Part shown: positions 26,245 to 32,000 of the stretch, one piece after another
Numbering within the stretch: the stretch's first letter is position 1
Layout of the letters: each line of letters opens with the position of its first letter
NCBI GenBank assembly: GCA_035390665.1
Contig: DAOOUC010000006.1
Location: 17,688 to 49,687 of the forward strand
DNA length: 32,000 bases
Source of the DNA: an archaeon
GTDB lineage: Archaea > Iainarchaeota > Iainarchaeia > Iainarchaeales > CSSED10-239
Direction of reading: 5' to 3'
Program-made: the position numbers and the translations under genes
Notes under the pieces: generated by a model
Told to the model about the DNA's origin: nothing
The model's database searches: none
The model's input: the letters and a program-made list of their open reading frames with translations, nothing else

Positions 26245-26769
26245 TTACATATATATTAAATATAAAATTATAACAGGTAATTTGGGGAAAACAAGTAATA
26301 CAAATGCAATTATTACAAATAAAACAAATGTAAAACTTTTCCAAAGATTAAAGAAAGACAATCCTTGTTCTTTTTTCTTTTTTATTTTTGTTTTCTTGGA
26401 TTTAGTTAAATTATCATAAATCAAAGAAATGAACATTCCTATAATTAAGACTATTGCAGAGAATAATGCAGAAATAATAATTAATCTAGCTAAATGGAAT
26501 AAAATAAAACCAATAGCATCTAAAAATGTAAATTCTGAAAATTTACTTAATATTGGGATAAAATATAAAAATATTAAAATAACATAATTTAGGATAAAAA
26601 CACACAAAAACAAGGACAATACAAAATTATATTTTTTATTAAACCTTAAAAATAAACCCTTAAAAGCATAAGTTACGCCAATAAATGGCAAAGAGATTAT
26701 TGCTGAAAATAAAAATAATTTAATAAAAACCCAAACATAATTTAATATTGTTGCAAAAAATCCTGCCAT
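26245..26769 (-). CDS. Polytopic membrane protein, co-oriented 11 nt upstream of the giant surface-protein gene
   Basis: 174 aa with about 5 TM segments and a KSKKTKIKKKKEQG loop. The 11-nt gap to the next start implies co-transcription. Confidence 0.6.
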   Translation of the reverse strand: MAGFFATILNYVWVFIKLFLFSAIISLPFIGVTYAFKGLFLRFNKKYNFVLSLFLCVFILNYVILIFLYFIPILSKFSEFTFLDAIGFILFHLARLIIISALFSAIVLIIGMFISLIYDNLTKSKKTKIKKKKEQGLSFFNLWKSFTFVLFVIIAFVLLVFPKLPVIILYLIYM

Positions 26770-26863
26770 TTTATCACTTTTTAATTCTAAAATATAATAT
26801 ATATATTAACATTATATTTTTAAATATTATATACTACTACATTTATGTAAGAAAGTGAAAAAT

Positions 26864-27574
26864 ATGGACGTAGATTTAAAAAATATCAAAAGAAGAGAAC
26901 GAAGATTCTATAGAACCTATAATGATAATGGGGAAATTAAATATGTTGATAAACAAACAAAAACCCCAGAATCAGTAACTGTACAAAAATCAGAAGATAT
27001 TAAAATTAAACAAACAGAAGAAAAGAGTAAGGAAATTAATACTCAAGACAAAAAAGAAATAATAGATAAGATACTTTTCGAAATGAATAAAAGCATAAAT
27101 CCTAATATTGATGAAATTTCGGAAGTCATTTATTCTCAATTAACTAATAATAATATTGAGGTTAGTCAAGAAACAGTAAAACATGTAGTTGAAGAAAATG
27201 CTCATGTGAGAAGATCAAGAAGACAAGAAGACAAGGCCGAATCAAAAGAAGGTTTTGATTATTTAAATGATAGAAAAGAAATGGAACTTGTTTTAGATAA
27301 TATTGTAGAAGAAAATATAAAAGAACAAACAAGAGAAAAAAATAAACCTAAAATTGAAAAACCTGTTATTGAGAAAAAAACAGAAACTCATTCTAGAAGA
27401 GATAAAAAACCTGAAGAAAAAACAAAAGTTGAAGAGAAACCTGAAAAGAAAAAAGAAGATACTTCTAAAACAAAAACCAAAGTCAAAAAAGAAGAAGAAT
27501 TTAAATTAGATTTTGGAGATGAAGATTCTGAAGTAGATGATCAATCAGATGACGATTTAGGACTTAAATTTTAA
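26864..27574 (+). CDS. Highly charged Lys/Glu-rich protein with an acidic C-terminal tail
   Basis: ATG at 26864 (the ORF track extends to GTG 26855). No TM segment. Low-complexity KPEEKTKVEEKPEKKKED, ending in DEDSEVDDQSDDDLGLKF. Its stop overlaps the stop of the convergent gene within TTAA (27571-27574). Confidence 0.55.
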   Translation: MDVDLKNIKRRERRFYRTYNDNGEIKYVDKQTKTPESVTVQKSEDIKIKQTEEKSKEINTQDKKEIIDKILFEMNKSINPNIDEISEVIYSQLTNNNIEVSQETVKHVVEENAHVRRSRRQEDKAESKEGFDYLNDRKEMELVLDNIVEENIKEQTREKNKPKIEKPVIEKKTETHSRRDKKPEEKTKVEEKPEKKKEDTSKTKTKVKKEEEFKLDFGDEDSEVDDQSDDDLGLKF

Positions 27575-28350
27575 TTAGTTACTTCTTCACAATTTAATAA
27601 ATCTAAATCATCTGGATTTATATCTGTTGTTGCTGGCCAGATTGCAAATGTTGCAATTGTTAAAAATTCTCTTTGTTCTGAAGCAGAGGATGTATATTTT
27701 ATAAAACTTAAAGGAACAGATGAAGAAAAAATTGTCGGAGATTTAGAAATTATTGATCTAACTTGTGAATATCCACCTTCTGGATCACAAAGATAATAAG
27801 TTTCTGGTTCATATGGATTTACAGAACAACTCATTGTTTTTGTCGGACCAGAAATACTTGTACATTGAAAATTTGTTAACTTAATCATAAAATAAAAAAA
27901 AGTATCATTATTCTGTGTTTGATCATAAAGATAAAATACATAATCGTGAGACTTTAAAGGATACATTGTTGCTTTCACTGTGTGGAATAAATTATATTTA
28001 GCAATATCATTATAGGTTGTTCCTAAAGTATTTATGTCTGTTGATCCAATTTTTCCATCAGCATAAAAATCCTGTTTTATTTGAGTCATTAAATAATCCG
28101 TTTCTCTTGCTTGACGAATATCTAAATTAAAATCTAAAGGAACAGATGTATAAAAGATTGTTCTTAATACTGAGTTTGTGTAATCTTTAAAATAAAGATC
28201 ATTTGATGCTTTTTCAATTCTTGTTCCGTATGTTGATGAATATCTAAATAACAATACAGATAAAGTTACAATTATTAATAAGAAAAATAAAGCATCTGTA
28301 ATTGCGGCTTGGCCTTTTTTACTTTTTAATTTATTTCCAAATTGTAACAT
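27571..28350 (-). CDS. Pilin-like secreted protein with class III signal peptide (259 aa)
   Basis: N-terminus MLQFGNKLKSKKG|QAAITDALFFLLIIVTLSVLLF: a basic leader, KG then Q, and a hydrophobic helix. Cys-containing globular domain. The start overlaps the upstream gene by 20 nt. Confidence 0.7.
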   Translation of the reverse strand: MLQFGNKLKSKKGQAAITDALFFLLIIVTLSVLLFRYSSTYGTRIEKASNDLYFKDYTNSVLRTIFYTSVPLDFNLDIRQARETDYLMTQIKQDFYADGKIGSTDINTLGTTYNDIAKYNLFHTVKATMYPLKSHDYVFYLYDQTQNNDTFFYFMIKLTNFQCTSISGPTKTMSCSVNPYEPETYYLCDPEGGYSQVRSIISKSPTIFSSSVPLSFIKYTSSASEQREFLTIATFAIWPATTDINPDDLDLLNCEEVTN

Positions 28351-28834
28351 ATAACCACGCTGGCTCTACATAATATTCTTGTTGAACTGTAATAGGATAT
28401 CTATAAACAATAACTTCTTTTGTCATTAATACTGATGTTAAAGTATCAATATCTGTATTTCCACAGAAGAAAACCTTATCTGGACTTTCCCAATGTATTA
28501 TTAATGCATCTTCTGTAATGTCATTTACCTCAAAAACGTCATAATTTTCGGTGTTTAAATCTAAGGGCAAAGCAAAAGCTGTCCAATTGTATTTTGTATC
28601 CACTTTTGTACAGGTTTTAGAAAATGCATTATAGTCTGAAAATAATGGATCTTCTTTTATTATTCCAGAAATATTTATTGCATCATTTTTTAAAGAATAA
28701 TAATCTGTATTATTTCTATAAACATTATATGTACTTAAAAATACAGAAAAAAATATAGTTATACCTAAAAATATTGGAATTAAACTAGGGAGATCATCTC
28801 CTATTGCTCCTATATATCCTTTTTTATTTAACAT
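28331..28834 (-). CDS. Pilin-like protein (167 aa), divergent class III signal peptide
   Basis: MLNKKG|YIGAIGDDLPSLIPIFLGITIFFSVFL. In an operon with the flanking pilin-like genes. Confidence 0.55.
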   Translation of the reverse strand: MLNKKGYIGAIGDDLPSLIPIFLGITIFFSVFLSTYNVYRNNTDYYSLKNDAINISGIIKEDPLFSDYNAFSKTCTKVDTKYNWTAFALPLDLNTENYDVFEVNDITEDALIIHWESPDKVFFCGNTDIDTLTSVLMTKEVIVYRYPITVQQEYYVEPAWLYVTIWK

Positions 28835-28838
28835 ATTA

Positions 28839-29528
28839 TCAACTTATGGGTATAGTGTTTGGCTCTACAAACAAATCAGGAATTGCATTTAGACAAAGTA
28901 TTTTTTGTTTTAAATCTTCTTCGACTAAGAAATTCTTACATTGATAAATTCCATTTTTCTTTAAACATGGAATTAAATAAATATTGGGAATTCCATTTTC
29001 TATTTTTTTAATAAATAAAATAGTTGTATCAATTGAACTTGCTTTTAATGGATCATAATTTACAGAAAAATTGGTATCATTTAATTTTATTTCACAACCG
29101 GTATTATTTGTACAATCAGATTCATAAAAATAAACATTTCCATTATAATCTATATCATAAGCAGCATAAATTTTTGGTTTGTATGATTTTCTATCAATTA
29201 TTGCTAACACTATTTTTTTTTGTTCGCTTCCTATGTCTGTATTAGTAGTAAAATTATGAGCTGAAACATTTAATTTATAATTTATACTAAATGCATCTGA
29301 TCCACCTGAGTTAGTATAAATCTTTTTAGGAATATCAATAAATTTTACTGTACAATAGCTATTACTTTCTATTCCAACTTTTAATTCTTTCCCGATTTTA
29401 TAAACTAATTCATAGCTTTGTCTTATTTTCATATTTGAATTTACTGCGCCCATAAAGAAAACAACAATTGCTGCAACAGCAGTAACAAAAATTAAAAGAT
29501 TTAATTTAGATAGAGCAAATTCAATCAT
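28839..29528 (-). CDS. N-terminally anchored Cys-rich extracellular protein (229 aa), pilin-operon member
   Basis: MIEFALSKLNLLIFVTAVAAIVVFFMGAV has a hydrophobic helix but no KG leader. Six or more Cys in the globular part. It lies 2 nt from the upstream gene. Confidence 0.55.
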   Translation of the reverse strand: MIEFALSKLNLLIFVTAVAAIVVFFMGAVNSNMKIRQSYELVYKIGKELKVGIESNSYCTVKFIDIPKKIYTNSGGSDAFSINYKLNVSAHNFTTNTDIGSEQKKIVLAIIDRKSYKPKIYAAYDIDYNGNVYFYESDCTNNTGCEIKLNDTNFSVNYDPLKASSIDTTILFIKKIENGIPNIYLIPCLKKNGIYQCKNFLVEEDLKQKILCLNAIPDLFVEPNTIPIS

Positions 29529-29530
29529 AA

Positions 29531-30130
29531 TTATATCCTATTTTTCTTTAAAAAACACATTTTACGGGACGCACCATAATCTTGTGAAGATCCAATCATA
29601 TATAATCTGTATTTTCCAGAAGTTATATTTGTTGAGATATTTGTGTCTGAAACTAAAGACCAATTTTCATATTCTGAATCTGTACTTATTATACAATTAT
29701 CTTTATATGTTTCATACTCTATGGCTGTTGGTAATTCAACACACAATGGTTGTATTGGCATATTTCTAGTTTTGCCATCATCATAAACATATTCTAGAAG
29801 AGTACATGTTTGTCCACCACCACAAAAAGCAGCACATCTTGTTGGACTTGCATATGTTTTAAGTGTTATTTTTTCAAACTTTTGATTAAAGCAAGGTCTT
29901 ACATCAAAACTAAGATTTTTTACTGTTAAATCAGAACCTAAAACTACATCTTTGATTGCTTCTTTAAACTCACTTAGTTCTTGTCTTTTATCTCCGATAC
30001 AAGTATTTTCAGAAAGATTAGTTAAAGCCCAAGTTCCTGCAACAATAACAAAACCCATAAGTATAACAGCGACTAAAACTTCAAAAGGAGCACTAGCTTG
30101 GCCTTTATTATTCATGCTAAATATATTCAT
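29531..30130 (-). CDS. Pilin-like secreted protein with class III signal peptide (199 aa), Cys-rich
   Basis: MNIFSMNNKG|QASAPFEVLVAVILMGFVIVAG. About 10 Cys (NTCIG, RPCF, TRCAAFCGGGQTC, PLCVE, NCII, KMCF). Confidence 0.7.
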   Translation of the reverse strand: MNIFSMNNKGQASAPFEVLVAVILMGFVIVAGTWALTNLSENTCIGDKRQELSEFKEAIKDVVLGSDLTVKNLSFDVRPCFNQKFEKITLKTYASPTRCAAFCGGGQTCTLLEYVYDDGKTRNMPIQPLCVELPTAIEYETYKDNCIISTDSEYENWSLVSDTNISTNITSGKYRLYMIGSSQDYGASRKMCFLKKNRI

Positions 30131-30175
30131 ATTAGAAGAAATAATAGAAAAAGAATTTAAAAAGGAATTGTTTTT

Positions 30176-30418
30176 TTATTGTGTAGAAGTTGTTGGAGTA
30201 TTTGCTACCGTATTATTATTTGTAGCAACTCCTTGATTAGGAAGACTAGCAACATTTTGTTGATACTTCATAGACTTGTTAAACATAGGTTTAATTAAAG
30301 CAATAAGGACTATGCCCACTATTGCAACAATAATAAGCATATATAGAGTAGAAGCCCCATCTGCTTGAGCCCTATTATCCCTTAAAAGTTTTTTAAACTC
30401 TTGCTTTAATTTATTCAT
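30176..30418 (-). CDS. Small pilin-like protein (80 aa), candidate major fibre subunit
   Basis: A basic leader ...LLRDNRA|QADGASTLYMLIIVAIVGIVLIALI, then a short Asn/Thr-rich tail (ATNNNTVANTPTTSTQ). The size and layout resemble small archaeal major pilins (UPF0333/MMP1685-like). Tentative. Confidence 0.5.
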   Translation of the reverse strand: MNKLKQEFKKLLRDNRAQADGASTLYMLIIVAIVGIVLIALIKPMFNKSMKYQQNVASLPNQGVATNNNTVANTPTTSTQ

Positions 30419-30430
30419 AGTTTTTCAAAT

Positions 30431-30976
30431 TTATGCTGATTTTTTTGCATAGATTAAACATAATGTTTCGTCTGTTATCTCTGATTTAGATGAAATGTCT
30501 ATATTACTAATTCTTTGATATGAATTATTTGAAGCATATGTTTCTTTTATAGTTTCTAATCCAGAATATCCTTCTTCAGAACAAACAATACAAACAGCAA
30601 TTCTTTTATCAGATGCGCCTGTATATGTAAGTATTGAATTACCTATTACTTGAAAATTCTCTACATTATCATATTCATTGCTTACTAATACCTGATATTG
30701 ACTTAAACCCGTATTCTTGACCATTGCTTCTGCACCAATAGATGTAGATCTTTTGAATTTGATTGCATCTGTACAATTAATTACACCTGGATAATTTAAT
30801 TGATTTTTTAATAAATTATTAGTTACTTGATCTGGTTTATCTGTACCAATATCTAATCCACCAATAACAGATATTAAAACTCCAAGTATTGCTAAAGCAA
30901 CAATTGCAGCAATTAATAACTGAAATGTTGAGGATGCTTGTCCTTTCTTATTTAATTTAAACATTTTTCTTTTCAC
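30431..30976 (-). CDS. Pilin-like secreted protein with class III signal peptide (181 aa), 4-Cys domain; paralog of 31045..31890
   Basis: MKRKMFKLNKKG|QASSTFQLLIAAIVALAILGVLISV. Its C-terminal domain shares NYPGV.NCTD, FKR, KNTGL, YTG, VCI.CS and ETLCL.Y.KK with the next gene. Confidence 0.75.
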   Translation of the reverse strand: MKRKMFKLNKKGQASSTFQLLIAAIVALAILGVLISVIGGLDIGTDKPDQVTNNLLKNQLNYPGVINCTDAIKFKRSTSIGAEAMVKNTGLSQYQVLVSNEYDNVENFQVIGNSILTYTGASDKRIAVCIVCSEEGYSGLETIKETYASNNSYQRISNIDISSKSEITDETLCLIYAKKSA

Positions 30977-31044
30977 CTTTTCTATTTTTTATAAATATTA
31001 TATATAACAAAAATATATTACCATAATATATTTAAAGCTTATCT

Positions 31045-31890
31045 TTATGCTTTCTTTGGATAAACTAAACACAAGGTTTCTCGTTCTATATTTGAATCAA
31101 TAACCGTAGTTATTCCATATTCCTCCATTGCTTGCTGTAATCCGGTTTTTCCATTATCTGAACAAATAATACATACTTCCACATTCTTGTTTGAAGATCC
31201 CGTATATTTTAATATTTGTGAATTGGTTGATTCAAATCCTATCAAATTATCTAGATTATTTAAATATACTTGTGTGTTATCCAGCCCAGTATTTTTAATA
31301 ATGCTTTCTGCTATTAGAGAACTATTTCTTTTAAAAGTTACTTTGTCTGTACAATTTTCTACACCTGGATAATTAATTTGTTGTCTTAATAATTGTGCAG
31401 TATATACTGTCGGATTTTGACTACGTCTACTTGGTGCAGGCAATTGAGCTGAAATAATAAATAAAAGTAATAAACATGCTGTAATTATTAAAGATAAATT
31501 TACTTTGTGTTTATATACTCTTACTGATTTATTTTCTAACTTTTGTTCTAAGTCTTTATTGAATAAAGCAATAAATTCATAAATTACAGAAATAAATAGA
31601 ATTACTATAGCAAATAAAATACATATGCTTCCAAGATAAAAAACAAAAGGAACTAAATCATTTAATCCATTTGGAATATTAATTCCAAGAATCAATATAA
31701 TAAGAAATAATATTGGTAGACTTGCCATTATTAAAATTCCAATTATAATTTTAGTATTATATTTGTTATACTCTTCTTGAGATTCTTTAGGATCTTCTTT
31801 TTCTTCAGTTTTAGATATATTATTTTGTTTTTCAATAACAGAATCTAAATATTCTTCATCTTCTTTTTTTTGATCCTTCATTTTTTTCAC
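31045..31890 (-). CDS. Membrane-anchored paralog of the 4-Cys pilin domain (281 aa), with a charged N-terminus plus 3 TM instead of a class III signal peptide
   Basis: The C-terminal ~130 aa are homologous to 30431..30976 and include an identical 15-nt stretch (31360-31374 = 30782-30796, encoding NYPGV). The N-terminus has an acidic ~45 aa followed by three hydrophobic helices. Confidence 0.7.
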   Translation of the reverse strand: MKKMKDQKKEDEEYLDSVIEKQNNISKTEEKEDPKESQEEYNKYNTKIIIGILIMASLPILFLIILILGINIPNGLNDLVPFVFYLGSICILFAIVILFISVIYEFIALFNKDLEQKLENKSVRVYKHKVNLSLIITACLLLLFIISAQLPAPSRRSQNPTVYTAQLLRQQINYPGVENCTDKVTFKRNSSLIAESIIKNTGLDNTQVYLNNLDNLIGFESTNSQILKYTGSSNKNVEVCIICSDNGKTGLQQAMEEYGITTVIDSNIERETLCLVYPKKA

Positions 31891-31922
31891 ATTTTTAGTA
31901 TTTTGGATAAATCTTGTAAAAA

Positions 31923-32000
31923 CTAATATCCACCAATTATTAACAAAATTAAAATCACAAAGATAATTGAAAATATCAATTTAAACCAAATATTTGAAAT
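31923..32000 (-). CDS. 3' end of an upstream minus-strand gene (hydrophobic C-terminus; rest outside the window)
   Basis: The reverse strand reads ISNIWFKLIFSIIFVILILLIIGGY* in an open frame from the window edge to the stop at 31923-31925. It is co-oriented with the pilin operon, 32 nt upstream of it. Confidence 0.35.
   Translation of the reverse strand: MSNIWFKLIFSIIFVILILLIIGGY

Noticed and set aside
26059-26259. Plus-strand ORF across the start of the giant gene
   Set aside because: It is antisense to the signal-peptide region and spans an intergenic gap. Spurious.
29024-31372. Plus-strand ORFs 29024..29245, 29584..29769, 29952..30236 and 31187..31372
   Set aside because: All lie antisense to the tightly packed pilin-like operon, whose minus-strand products share signal-peptide and paralogy signals.
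1-32000. Scan for CRISPR arrays, rRNA genes, transposases or IS elements, and long tandem repeats
   Set aside because: No regularly spaced direct repeats, rRNA signatures or transposase-like ORFs were seen. The only repeats are those reported (tRNA promoter boxes, the 14-nt direct-repeat pair, the fic operator array and the paralog pair).

Overview
This is a very AT-rich, gene-dense window (about 45 plausible CDS, short or overlapping intergenic gaps, standard code, AGGAG-type ribosome-binding sites). By sequence signatures it looks archaeal, most likely a small-genome DPANN-type lineage. The evidence is a tRNA-Tyr with a C1:G72 pair and a 54-nt bulge-helix-bulge intron at position 37/38, tRNAs without encoded CCA, an archaeal-style RNase P RNA, and many proteins with class III (archaeal type IV pilin) signal peptides of the KKGQA type. 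Several housekeeping genes are bacterial-type: a CoaD-CoaE fusion, class II LysRS, TK1 thymidine kinase and a GLUG-repeat protein.

RNA genes:
- Three tandem tRNA-Ala genes (CGC, AGC, UGC), each behind a conserved TATA-containing box.
- An unexplained GC-rich spacer of about 134 nt between the first two tRNA-Ala genes.
- RNase P RNA.
- An intron-containing tRNA-Tyr.

The most interesting region is 21.1-32.0 kb, almost all on the minus strand. It holds a seven-gene operon of cysteine-rich pilin-like proteins, including a paralog pair in which one copy has replaced its pilin signal peptide with a 3-TM anchor. Next to it sit a polytopic membrane protein and a 1707-aa secreted, C-terminally anchored protein with no domain I can recognise. 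I read this as a candidate, uncharacterised cell-surface or host-attachment apparatus.

A second notable item is a 1.1-kb Fic (AMPylase) cassette bounded by 14-nt direct repeats that include the 3' end of tRNA-Tyr, with an operator-like repeat array upstream. I found no CRISPR array, rRNA, transposase or integrase. All function calls come from motifs read by eye; no database search was possible.
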